Positions 39,218-47,620 of a DNA stretch of 64,000 nucleotides are shown here, piece after piece. This stretch comes from Gemmatimonadota bacterium (lineage in GTDB: Bacteria; Gemmatimonadota; Gemmatimonadetes; Palauibacterales; Palauibacteraceae). The position numbers and the translations under genes are program-made. Below the pieces are notes generated by a model that was not told the origin of the DNA, did no database searches, and saw only the letters and a program-made list of their open reading frames with translations. The DNA lies in assembly GCA_036476995.1 (NCBI GenBank), contig JAZGCO010000021.1, forward strand, positions 8,085 through 72,084. Direction: 5' to 3'. Every line of letters begins with the position of its first letter. Positions within the stretch are counted from its first letter, which is position 1.

Positions 39218-39672
39218 CTATACGCCCACCTGACTCAGCGCAACGAGACCTCCACTCCCCACCGTGGAACCCGTCTTGAGGTTGTGCCTGGCTGGCGGTC
39301 GCGCCGAAGTGTATCCAGGCTAACGTTCTCGCGCCCGGCTCCCGCCTCCTTCAACTCCTCGGCCTGCCCGGGTAGGAGAACGCCGTTGGTGGAGAGCGAG
39401 ATGTCCTCGATCTCCTGAATGGCGGACAGCCGGGTGACCAACTCAGGCAGGTCCCGCCTCACCAGTGGCTCTCCGCCCGTCAGTCTCACTCGGCGAAGTC
39501 CCATTCCCGCCATCTGGCGCACGACGTCCGCGATCTCTTCGTACGTAAGAAGCTCGGCCTTCGGGATCCAGGCCAGGCCTTCGACCGGCATGCAATACGT
39601 ACAGCGAAGGTTGCGCTTATCGGTAACCGAGATGCGTAGATACTCGATTGAACGACCGAATTGATCCCTCAC
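39218..39672 (-). pseudogene. moaA: GTP 3',8-cyclase MoaA, internally deleted and frameshifted
   Basis: The N-terminal ~125 codons (RISVTDKRNLRCTYCMP, LTGGEPLVR, STNG, SLDTL) join at ~39296-39300, out of frame, to the MoaA C-terminal 25 codons (PARHNLKTGSTVGSGGLVALSQVGV*). The first Cys of CX3CX2C is Arg and the terminal GG is GV. Confidence 0.88.
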
Positions 39673-40118
39673 GGCGCCTTCCCCTCCGCCGGCTGCTCGC
39701 CGAGCCAGGCGCTCGTGCCGTCGGCGTAGTGTTCCTCTTTCCATATCGGGAGACGCTGCTTGATGGCCTCGATCACGTACCGGGACGCCTCGTACGCCGC
39801 TTCCCTGTGCGGCGCCACCACCGCCACGATGACGCTGGCTTCGCCGAGCTCGAGAGAGCCTGTTCGATGGGCAGCACCGACGGCTCCGACCGCGTAACGC
39901 TCTGCAGCTTCAGAGGCGATTTCGGCCAGCACGCGCTCCGCCATTTCCGCGTATGCCTCATAACGGAGCCGCGCCACCCGGCGTCCAGCGTTGGAATCGC
40001 GCACACGGCCCTCGAACACGACAACCGCACCATCTTCGAGGGTGCACAGTCGCGCGCTGAGCTGGCCGCCGTCCAGCGGTTCCGTAGTTATCTCGGCCAC
40101 GATTGTCGGTTCACTCAC
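39669..40118 (-). CDS. moaE: Molybdopterin synthase catalytic subunit
   Basis: GAVVVFEGRVR, LRYEAY, HRTGSLELGEASV, HREAAY and PIWKEE motifs. Confidence 0.96.
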   Translation of the reverse strand: MSEPTIVAEITTEPLDGGQLSARLCTLEDGAVVVFEGRVRDSNAGRRVARLRYEAYAEMAERVLAEIASEAAERYAVGAVGAAHRTGSLELGEASVIVAVVAPHREAAYEASRYVIEAIKQRLPIWKEEHYADGTSAWLGEQPAEGKAP

Positions 40119-40125
40119 TTAGTTC

Positions 40126-40383
40126 CTAGCCCCCTGCCACCGGGGGGATCAGCGCCACTTCATCTGCCGGGTCCAGAATCTCACTCAATGAGGCGTATTT
40201 CAGATTCCTGGCCACGGCGGGGCGCTCTGGAAGACGTTCGAGCCCGGGAAGCGCCCTGAGCTCAGTAACCAACTCGGCCAGGCTGCTCCCGCTCGGGAGT
40301 TCGATCTGCAATTCAGGCCGGCCAGCGAGCTCTCGATAAACTCCGAACAGGAGCACTCGCACCGCTACCGTCGAAGCAGCCAC
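40126..40383 (-). CDS. moaD: Molybdopterin synthase sulfur carrier MoaD/ThiS family
   Basis: VRVLLFG...RELAG, AVARN and DEVALIPPVAGG* with an intact C-terminal GG; upstream of moaE. Start approximate. Confidence 0.93.
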   Translation of the reverse strand: MAASTVAVRVLLFGVYRELAGRPELQIELPSGSSLAELVTELRALPGLERLPERPAVARNLKYASLSEILDPADEVALIPPVAGG

Positions 40384-40393
40384 GCTCGGCGAG

Positions 40394-40672
40394 TTACCGA
40401 TCGGGCTCTGCGGGGTCTGATCCCACAAAGGCCAGGAGCTTGCCCACCGTTGCGTCTGGCCTGAGCGTCGAAACGCGTACCCGGGTTTCGTGACCGCCGG
40501 GATCGGGAAAGGCGGCGATGGCCAGGCGGCTGCGGAACGTAGTAAACGTCAGGTGTGACTCACTTTCCTCCGCCAAGGAGGCCGAACAGATCGACCCGGC
40601 CTCCGAAAAGAATTGCCTCGCCCGGTCGAGAACCGCCGCAGGCTCCAGTTTTGTTGTGATTTCGCTGATCAT
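40394..40672 (-). CDS. Hypothetical protein (92 aa) heading the moaD-moaE-moaA run
   Basis: ATG after GGAG; mixed alpha/beta pattern (AVLDRARQFF; HLTFTTF; TRVRVST). No function recognised. Confidence 0.65.
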   Translation of the reverse strand: MISEITTKLEPAAVLDRARQFFSEAGSICSASLAEESESHLTFTTFRSRLAIAAFPDPGGHETRVRVSTLRPDATVGKLLAFVGSDPAEPDR

Positions 40673-40849
40673 TCGTGGTACCCCGTCTCCGTCGTTCGAA
40701 ACAGCCGCTCGATCGCTTGACGCCTTCGTCGAGAGCGCCATAAGATCCGCCGTTCCCAGGCGGCGAGCTGATTCGCTGATATCTCGGCTCGCTGATCAAG
40801 GTATCCCGGCGCCAGGGGTCCTTCAATTACCTTCGAGCTCGGAGCCCCC

Positions 40850-42022
40850 GTGCGTTTTTCGCCCAACGTCGAGTTTCTCCAACCCTCGCCAACGCTGGCG
40901 CTGCAGGCTCGTGCCCGACAGATGGCGACTGATGGACACTCCATCGTAGACCTATCGGCCGGCGAGCCGTCTTTTCCGACACCCGAGCCTGCTGTCCGGG
41001 GTGCGCTGCAAGCCATCAAGGACGGAAAAACCGGGTACCCTCCGACGCCCGGCATCCCGGCTCTGCGCCAGGGCGTTTCCAGATACGTGGGACGAGAATC
41101 GGCAGGCGCCGGCATCTCGCCGGCCAACGTGCTCGTCAGCGCCGGGGTGAAGCAGGCTCTCTTCAACGTGCTGTATTGCCTCTTCGGGCCGGGCGACGAG
41201 GTTATCGTCCCAACCCCGTACTGGCCTACGTACTTGCCAGCCGTTCGCCTGTCCGGAGCCACGCCCGTTCCGGTAGCTACCCGCTGGGAGGACAGCTTTC
41301 GGCTTGATCCCGATGACGTGGAACGTGCCCGGACTGCCTCGACCCGGGGAATCCTCCTCAACTCCCCCTGCAATCCTTCCGGCGCCGTCGTGGATTCCGC
41401 CAATATGCAGCGAATCCTGAACTGGGCCGACGCGAACGGGATCTGGGTTCTATCGGACGAGATTTACCGGCGCCTGGCTTACGTACCGGGAGGCGCGCCC
41501 TCTGTCCTGTCTCTCTCGGACAGGCCTGACCGGCTCGTCGCCTTCGACGGCGTCTCGAAGACGTTCTCCATGACGGGCTGGCGAATCGGCTACGCCGTGG
41601 GGCCCGAGAAGCTGATTGCGAAGGCATCCGCGCTTCAGAGCCAGACCACCTCTGGCGCCGCGGCGCCGTCTCAGTTCGCGGCGGCGGAGCTGTTTCGGGC
41701 GGACCGTGAACGAGAGGAAGGTGTCGCGGCTACCCTCGAAGTCCTGTCCAACAGGCGCGAGTCGGGCCACGATCTGCTATCGGGCATCACGGGCCTCGAC
41801 ACTCGGCTTCCCGATGGGGCGATATTCTTCTTCAGCCGGGTGGTGGGTCGACAAGACTCTCTCGTACTTGCTGAGGAGTTACTGACAAAGGCTGGAATCG
41901 CGTGTGTACCGGGAGAGCCGTTTGGCACACCAGGTCACCTGCGCTTCAATTTCGCGGTGGACGAGTCCACGCTGGAGGAAGGACTACGCCGAGTTGCCGC
42001 CCATCTCAGTGACGGCTCTTGA
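40850..42022 (+). CDS. PLP-dependent class I/II aminotransferase (aspartate aminotransferase-like)
   Basis: DLSAGEPSF, NSPCNPSG, SDEIY, GVSKTFSMTGWRIG (PLP Lys) and LRFNFA motifs. Confidence 0.95.
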   Translation: MRFSPNVEFLQPSPTLALQARARQMATDGHSIVDLSAGEPSFPTPEPAVRGALQAIKDGKTGYPPTPGIPALRQGVSRYVGRESAGAGISPANVLVSAGVKQALFNVLYCLFGPGDEVIVPTPYWPTYLPAVRLSGATPVPVATRWEDSFRLDPDDVERARTASTRGILLNSPCNPSGAVVDSANMQRILNWADANGIWVLSDEIYRRLAYVPGGAPSVLSLSDRPDRLVAFDGVSKTFSMTGWRIGYAVGPEKLIAKASALQSQTTSGAAAPSQFAAAELFRADREREEGVAATLEVLSNRRESGHDLLSGITGLDTRLPDGAIFFFSRVVGRQDSLVLAEELLTKAGIACVPGEPFGTPGHLRFNFAVDESTLEEGLRRVAAHLSDGS

Positions 42023-42026
42023 TCGC

Positions 42027-42053
42027 GGCCATCCTGCTCTAGTCAGGGTGGTC
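42027..42053. terminator. Possible hairpin between convergent genes
   Basis: GGCCATCCTG / CAGGGTGGTC 10-bp stem (two G-U pairs) with a 7-nt loop and no clear U tract. Confidence 0.3.
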
Positions 42054-42070
42054 ATCTCCGGGGCGACGGC

Positions 42071-42370
42071 TCAAAACCTGGGCGGCTCCGGCTTGTCCAC
42101 CTGTGTCTTGAAAAGCCGCGAGGGTTTGAATACCGGAACCGACCTCGCCGGCACCGTAACCGCAGCTCCCGTGCGTGGATTCCGAGCCATACGAGGCCGC
42201 CTGCGCCGGACCTTGAAAGTACCGAACCCCCTGATTTCGATGTGCTTGCCGTCGGCGAGCGCCCGCTTCGTCGCGTTGAGAAAGGCGTCAATTACGGCTC
42301 CACAATCCTTCTTGGTCACACCCGGTCCGATGGCCTGGTAGACCTGCTCCACAAGATCTGCCTTCGTCAT
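42071..42370 (-). CDS. IHF/HU family DNA-binding protein (IHF-beta-like)
   Basis: MTKADLV, IEIRGFGTF, ARNPRTG and VPVFKPS motifs; follows sppA. Confidence 0.95.
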   Translation of the reverse strand: MTKADLVEQVYQAIGPGVTKKDCGAVIDAFLNATKRALADGKHIEIRGFGTFKVRRRRPRMARNPRTGAAVTVPARSVPVFKPSRLFKTQVDKPEPPRF

Positions 42371-42396
42371 GACTCACTCCGTTTCAAGTAGGCTGC

Positions 42397-43299
42397 CTAC
42401 TGCCATTGATACCGCAGGCTCGGAGTCAGCGCTCCGCCCTCATCCAGCCCGCTGAGAAATCTAGTCCACCGCAATCCCGGAATCCGACCCACCAGGTCCA
42501 GCCAGGCCGCTCGCTTCGGCGTGGGCCGCAGGGTCCGGGGATCGGGGCCCAGCCCGGCCATTTCGCCAGCCGCCGAAATCGCGTCCGGAAGCGTGCCGAG
42601 CCGATCCACGAGTCCGAGGCTCATGGCCCGTTCTCCCGACAGGATGCGCCCATCCGCGACCGCCAGCACCGCGTCCCTTTCCATGCCGCGGCTGTCTGCA
42701 ATCGCATCCACGAATTGCCCATAGGTGTCTTGGATGACGTCCTGAAGAATCTCGCGTTCCTCGGCCGACAGGGGCCTGGACGGCGAACCAGTGTCCTTGA
42801 ACTTGCCGCTCTTCACGACCTCGAGATCGATCCCAATCTTGTCCAGTAGTCCCTCGGCGTTGGTGAACTGCATGATGACGCCGATCGAACCCGTAATGGA
42901 TCCTGGCAAGGCAAATATGGAGTCGGCTGGGAGAGCCACGTAGTAGCCGCCTGAGGCCCCCACGCTTCCGATCCATGCGATGAGCGGACGCTCATCCTCC
43001 TCTCGCAGTTTGGTCAGCTCGCTGTAAATGCTCTGGGAAGGTCCAACCCCACCACCGGGCGAGCGAATCTCGAGAACAAACGCCCGGACTGACTTGTCTT
43101 CCCTGTACCGCTCCAGAGTGCTAAGCACGGTTCGGTCGGAATTGATTACGCCAAGGATCGGGATGATCGCTACGCGGCCCTGCGAGACCAGCGGAACGTA
43201 TCCACCCAGCCACAATTGAAACGCGACCGCCGCTCCGGCCGCGGACACTGCAAGCAGGAGGACGATCCCCAGCACGGTGCTTCGCCGGTTCCAGGCCAC
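42397..43299 (-). CDS. sppA: Signal peptide peptidase SppA (36K type)
   Basis: N-terminal TM; IRSPGG, ASGGYY, TGSIGV, KSGKFKD, DGRILSG and GLVDRLG motifs. Confidence 0.96.
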   Translation of the reverse strand: MAWNRRSTVLGIVLLLAVSAAGAAVAFQLWLGGYVPLVSQGRVAIIPILGVINSDRTVLSTLERYREDKSVRAFVLEIRSPGGGVGPSQSIYSELTKLREEDERPLIAWIGSVGASGGYYVALPADSIFALPGSITGSIGVIMQFTNAEGLLDKIGIDLEVVKSGKFKDTGSPSRPLSAEEREILQDVIQDTYGQFVDAIADSRGMERDAVLAVADGRILSGERAMSLGLVDRLGTLPDAISAAGEMAGLGPDPRTLRPTPKRAAWLDLVGRIPGLRWTRFLSGLDEGGALTPSLRYQWQ

Positions 43300-43333
43300 G
43301 TTCGTTCAGCTTTCTTCCGCAGGGGTTGATTGT

Positions 43334-43363
43334 AAGCTAGCGGCGGTTCCAGATATCTGTCAA
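43334..43363 (-). promoter_or_regulatory. Candidate sigma70-type promoter for sppA-IHF
   Basis: TTGACA (overlapping the carA stop) - 18 bp - TAGCTT, immediately followed by TACAAT. Confidence 0.45.
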
Positions 43364-44499
43364 TCGCTTGCCATCGCACGATTTGCATCCATCGCATCTA
43401 CAAACTTCCGGAACAGGTAGCGGCTGTCATGCGGACCCGGGGCCGACTCTGGATGATACTGGACTCCGAACACTGCCCTCGAGCGATGCCGAATCCCTTC
43501 GACTGTCTTGTCGTTCAGGTTGACGTGTGTGACACTCAGCTCCGGCGCCCCAACCACTTCCTCCGCCTCTCCCAGCACCGCGAACCCGTGATTCTGCGAC
43601 GTGATCTCCACAACCCCGCGCTCCTTGCTGAGCACCGGGTGATTCCCGCCCCGGTGGCCGTAGGCCAGCTTGTACGTAGATCCACCGAACGCTCTGGCAA
43701 TGAGCTGGCAGCCCAGACAGATGCCGAACAGGGGTACACCCTTTTCGTAGGCGGCGAGAATCTGATCCACCGCCCCTCCCACGGCCCCGGGGTCGCCGGG
43801 ACCGCTCGACACAAAGACACCATCTGGCTGGCTGGCAAGCACTGCAGCGGGAGACGTGGCCGCAGGAAGAACGTCCACCTCGTAGCCTGCCCCGGCCAGT
43901 AGCTCCAGGCTTCTCCGTTTTACCCCGTAGTCCAGGCACACAACACGGCCGCGTACCGGCCCTCTCGACGCGGCTAACGTGTAGGCCTCCGAGGTGCCTA
44001 CAGACGAGGCCAGGTCCCGCCCCGCCATACGCGGCTCGGCCGCGATCAGGGCAGATACCTCAGGCGCGGATACGCCATCCGGCACTATGGCGGCCCGCAT
44101 GGCGCCCTGGTCTCGGATGTGCCGCGTGATAGCCCGCGTATCACACCCGTGCAGAATCGGGACGGATTCAGCCTCCAGATACGATCTGAGACCTGCGTCA
44201 CTTCCTCCTCGCTGTCCGCCGCTCAGCTCGCGAACCACGAAACCGGCTACCCAGACCCGATTGGACTGCGAGTCGTCCTCCGCTACTCCGTAGTTGCCAA
44301 TCATGGGCGCGGTCATCACCACGACCTGACCCGCGAAGGACGGATCGGTGACTACCTCCTGATAGCCCGTCATGACGGTAGTGAATACGACTTCGCCGAC
44401 TCCCCCGCGTTCCTTGCCCGCGAGGCAGCCATCGAACGAACGCCCGTCCTCCATAACCAAGCGGCCCGGCACGTCTTGCGTATACGTCAAGCCTGCCAT
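43360..44499 (-). CDS. carA: Carbamoyl-phosphate synthase small subunit
   Basis: GEVVFTTVMTGYQE..TDPS, PMIGNYG, DYGVK, GPGDP, FGICLG, SQNHGFAV and QYHPESAPGPHD motifs. Confidence 0.96.
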   Translation of the reverse strand: MAGLTYTQDVPGRLVMEDGRSFDGCLAGKERGGVGEVVFTTVMTGYQEVVTDPSFAGQVVVMTAPMIGNYGVAEDDSQSNRVWVAGFVVRELSGGQRGGSDAGLRSYLEAESVPILHGCDTRAITRHIRDQGAMRAAIVPDGVSAPEVSALIAAEPRMAGRDLASSVGTSEAYTLAASRGPVRGRVVCLDYGVKRRSLELLAGAGYEVDVLPAATSPAAVLASQPDGVFVSSGPGDPGAVGGAVDQILAAYEKGVPLFGICLGCQLIARAFGGSTYKLAYGHRGGNHPVLSKERGVVEITSQNHGFAVLGEAEEVVGAPELSVTHVNLNDKTVEGIRHRSRAVFGVQYHPESAPGPHDSRYLFRKFVDAMDANRAMASD

Positions 44500-44551
44500 T
44501 CCTTTCTCTCGACGGCGCCCGCAGCCCGCATTCCTACATCAGAAACCGAGC

Positions 44552-45151
44552 ATGAGCGACCCGATCGTATATATCTATGCCGACGAATCCTGCCTGGGCA
44601 ACCAGTTCCAGGATCGGAATCGACCCGGCGCGGCCGCGGGCCTGGTGGAGCGATTCGACGAAGGGCGTGCCTGGCACCGAAGGGATTTCGCGTACTACGA
44701 ATCCGATACGACGAACAACCGAATGGCCCTCTATTCGGCCATCGTCGGCCTCCGACACCTGCAGCGCCCCTGCTCTGTCGTGTTCACATCAGACAGCCAG
44801 TACCTGGTTCGAGGGATGCGCGAATGGCTGCCAGGCTGGGTTCGGCGAGGATGGAAGCGGAAGGGGGGCCCGATCGAGAACCTGGATCTGTGGCGCGCGG
44901 CGCTTCGAGAAGCGCAGAAACATCAGGTAGAATGGCGCTGGACCAAGGGACATGCGGACAACGTGAAGAACGAGTACGCCAACGTGCTGGCCATCGGAAC
45001 GGCGACTACAGGCAAGGCGGTTACGGGTCTTGCTGAGTCGGGCTTCGGGGAGTGGCTGGAAGGTCAGCGCCAGCGGGGACGGTACGAAGATTTCCTGGAC
45101 CTGCCACCCAAGGGTCCGTTCCGCCCGGATCCACTACCCGCCGACAACTGA
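44552..45151 (+). CDS. rnhA: Ribonuclease HI (atypical active-site residues)
   Basis: YADESCLGN...PG, TTNNRM, TSDSQYL, W...GW, NLDLW and WTKGHA motifs. Start at ATG 44552; the ORF-track extension overlaps carA. Confidence 0.9.
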   Translation: MSDPIVYIYADESCLGNQFQDRNRPGAAAGLVERFDEGRAWHRRDFAYYESDTTNNRMALYSAIVGLRHLQRPCSVVFTSDSQYLVRGMREWLPGWVRRGWKRKGGPIENLDLWRAALREAQKHQVEWRWTKGHADNVKNEYANVLAIGTATTGKAVTGLAESGFGEWLEGQRQRGRYEDFLDLPPKGPFRPDPLPADN

Positions 45152-45166
45152 CTACTCCTCGGCCAC

Positions 45167-45568
45167 CTATTCCGCACCGGCATCCCGATCCACCGCCTCA
45201 ATTCCGGCGGCCTCATCCGCTTCATCGCCCGGAAACAGTAGCGGCGTCGCGTCTCCCTCGGTGTCGAGCAAAGATGAAGGAGCCGGAGTGGCTTCAAATT
45301 CACTCCTCAAGATCGAGCTTCCGGGCTGAGAGCTCTGAGACGACAAGATCGCCAGTATGAGAGAAAGGGCCAGGAACAGTCCCCCTCCAATCCAGGTGGA
45401 TTTTGTCAGCAAATTGGCCGCCTGCCGGCCGCCAATAAACGAATCCGTCGACGACGAAGCACCACCGAAGGTTGCTGCCAGGCCGCCTCCTTTGCCCGAT
45501 TGCATCAGGATGATGCTGATCAGGAGAATCGACAGAACGGTTATCGTGATAACTAGAAAGCTAAACAT
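45167..45568 (-). CDS. secG: Preprotein translocase subunit SecG
   Basis: ILMQSGKGGGLAATFGG, two TM helices, LLTKST; downstream of tpiA. Confidence 0.96.
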   Translation of the reverse strand: MFSFLVITITVLSILLISIILMQSGKGGGLAATFGGASSSTDSFIGGRQAANLLTKSTWIGGGLFLALSLILAILSSQSSQPGSSILRSEFEATPAPSSLLDTEGDATPLLFPGDEADEAAGIEAVDRDAGAE

Positions 45569-45625
45569 TCCACCTCACCCATATGTGAAACGAGTGCCGG
45601 CCAAGAAGCCCGCACCCAGGGTGTG

Positions 45626-45654
45626 AAGCTAGGCGCAGACCTGATTTTCGTCAA
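45626..45654 (-). promoter_or_regulatory. Candidate sigma70-type promoter for secG
   Basis: TTGACG - 17 bp - TAGCTT in the tpiA-secG gap. Confidence 0.55.
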
Positions 45655-45663
45655 CGGCCCGGC

Positions 45664-46434
45664 CTACGTTTCCTCTGCGCCAGCCGAACAAATCGCCGCG
45701 AACGATTCAGGATCCAGACTCGCTCCCCCGACCAGGCCACCGTCCACGCCTTCGGCTGCCAGAAGCTCGCCAATGTTGGACGGCTTCACGCTTCCGCCGT
45801 ACAGCACGGTGGCTTCTGCCGCCGAGGCGGCGTTCACCGTCTCTTCGATTACCCCTCTGAGGATGGCGTGCGCTTCCGCTGCGTCTTCCGGTGAAGCCGT
45901 CCGGCCGGTTCCAATGGCCCACACCGGTTCGTAGGCATACGTAAGGGCACCCGCGTCGCTGTGAGCCAGGGTAGTCAAGACAGCCTTGAGTTGGCGCCGT
46001 AGAACTGCCTCAAGCCGGCCGGCCACACGTTCCTCCAGCGTCTCCCCTACACACAGTATGGGCCTAAGGTCAACCTCCAGAACGCGGTTGACCTTTTCGG
46101 CGACCTGGTCGTCGGTGTCGCCGAATTCGTGCCGGCGCTCGGAGTGTCCGGCCAACACCCAGCCGGCGCCCGCCTGGGCCACCATTCCGGCCGAGAGCGA
46201 GCCCGTGTGCGCGCCGCTAGCTTCTTCGTGCACGTCCTGTACGCCGATTCCTACATCGGTACGATCAGCCAGCGCTTCCCTCAGTGCGGCCACAGACACA
46301 GCGGGCGGAAACAGGACCACGGTGCGGTCTGCTCGCGGAGCGTAGATAGAAGCGAACTTCGCGACGAACGCCGCCGCGTCGGCCGGTCCGTGGTGCATCT
46401 TCCAGTTCGCCGCGAAGAACGGCCGCTTGATCAC
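45664..46434 (-). CDS. tpiA: Triosephosphate isomerase
   Basis: AANWKMH, GHSERR, AYEPVWAIGTG, LYGGSVK and GLVGGASL motifs. Confidence 0.99.
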   Translation of the reverse strand: MIKRPFFAANWKMHHGPADAAAFVAKFASIYAPRADRTVVLFPPAVSVAALREALADRTDVGIGVQDVHEEASGAHTGSLSAGMVAQAGAGWVLAGHSERRHEFGDTDDQVAEKVNRVLEVDLRPILCVGETLEERVAGRLEAVLRRQLKAVLTTLAHSDAGALTYAYEPVWAIGTGRTASPEDAAEAHAILRGVIEETVNAASAAEATVLYGGSVKPSNIGELLAAEGVDGGLVGGASLDPESFAAICSAGAEET

Positions 46435-47615
46435 GCGCGCGCCTCGTCCAGAGCTTGCAATCCCACCAGAGTGCCCTGGGCCAAGAAATCCAGGGCCGCT
46501 CCCCCACCGGTAGATACGTGTGTAATGGCAGTGTCCAGACCGGCCGCGCGAACCGCTGCTGCGGAGTCACCTCCGCCCACCACAGTGAAAGCACCGGCTC
46601 GGGTTGCCTCAGCCGCGGCATGCGCCAGCGCCAGTGTGCCCGCGGCGAAGGGCGGCCTCTCGAACAGGCCCATCGGTCCGTTCCAAAACAGCGTCCTCGC
46701 CTCTATGACCCATCGCGAAAACGCTCTCTGCGTCTCGGGGCCAATGTCCAGGGCGGCCATGCCGTCAGGAACGCTGTCGACGGGAACAATGATGGCCTCG
46801 TCCGCCCGGTCGGGTCCGGGAGCCACTACCAGATCCGTGGGCAGTTCCAGGTCGGACCCCTCGCTCAGGTACGAGCTCGCGATTTCAACCGAACCCTCCT
46901 CGACCAGCGAGTCGCCCATCGAGTGGCCCTGGGCCCGTAGAAAGGTGTTCGCCATCGCTCCACCGACTAGCACTGTGTCGGACCGTTCGAGAAGTTCGTC
47001 CACCAGTTCGATCTTGTCACCGATCTTGGCGCCACCGAAGACCACCACGAACGGGGACTCGGGCTCAGTTCGGAGCGCGGACAGAGCCCGCAGCTCTCTC
47101 TCAACGAGAAATCCGGCCACCGCCGGCTCCATAAGCTCCGCCACACCGGTCACGGACGCATGGGTCCGGTGAAGAGTCCCGAACGCATCATTGACGAACA
47201 CTCGGCCGAGTCCGGCGAATCGCCGTGCCAGTTCCGGGTCGCCCTGCGTTTCGCCCTCAAGAAAGCGCGTATTTTCGACCAGGAGCACGCCTTCATCGGC
47301 GGCCCCCTGCTCCGCCTCGGCCTCGTCCAGCGACAGCAGGCGCACCGGACACTCGAGGCTCTCCTCTAGCAGGGCCACGACGGGAAGCAGCGACAACTCG
47401 GGCCGAACTTCGCCTTTAGGACGGCCCAGATGTGATAGTATGACCGGATGGCCACCGGCCTTCAAGATGTACCGGAGAGAGTCCAGAGAGGCTGTCACAC
47501 GCGAAGAATCGGTAACCCGTCCTTCGTCCAGTGGCACGTTGTAGTCAACCCGAATCACGACCCGGCGGCCGCGCAGATCGGCTTCCGCCAGGTCGCCCAG
47601 AATCCGCCTTCTCAC
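46431..47615 (-). CDS. pgk: Phosphoglycerate kinase
   Basis: RVDYNVP, SHLGRPKG, NDAFGTLHR, GGAKIGDK, WNGPMG and STGGGA motifs. Confidence 0.99.
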   Translation of the reverse strand: MRRRILGDLAEADLRGRRVVIRVDYNVPLDEGRVTDSSRVTASLDSLRYILKAGGHPVILSHLGRPKGEVRPELSLLPVVALLEESLECPVRLLSLDEAEAEQGAADEGVLLVENTRFLEGETQGDPELARRFAGLGRVFVNDAFGTLHRTHASVTGVAELMEPAVAGFLVERELRALSALRTEPESPFVVVFGGAKIGDKIELVDELLERSDTVLVGGAMANTFLRAQGHSMGDSLVEEGSVEIASSYLSEGSDLELPTDLVVAPGPDRADEAIIVPVDSVPDGMAALDIGPETQRAFSRWVIEARTLFWNGPMGLFERPPFAAGTLALAHAAAEATRAGAFTVVGGGDSAAAVRAAGLDTAITHVSTGGGAALDFLAQGTLVGLQALDEARA

Positions 47616-47620
47616 CGTTG

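Noticed and set aside
40673-40849. Moco riboswitch ahead of the moa genes
   Set aside because: CTCCGAGC is present, but I could not find the other conserved elements (CCTAAG, GCCTCC, GGAAAG). An Infernal search with the Rfam Moco model would settle it.
45152-45166. tRNA-Leu often found after secG
   Set aside because: Only 15 bp separate secG from the convergent rnhA, and I saw no cloverleaf or T-loop motif in any intergenic gap.
46129-47172. 347-aa plus-strand ORF
   Set aside because: Antisense shadow of tpiA and pgk.
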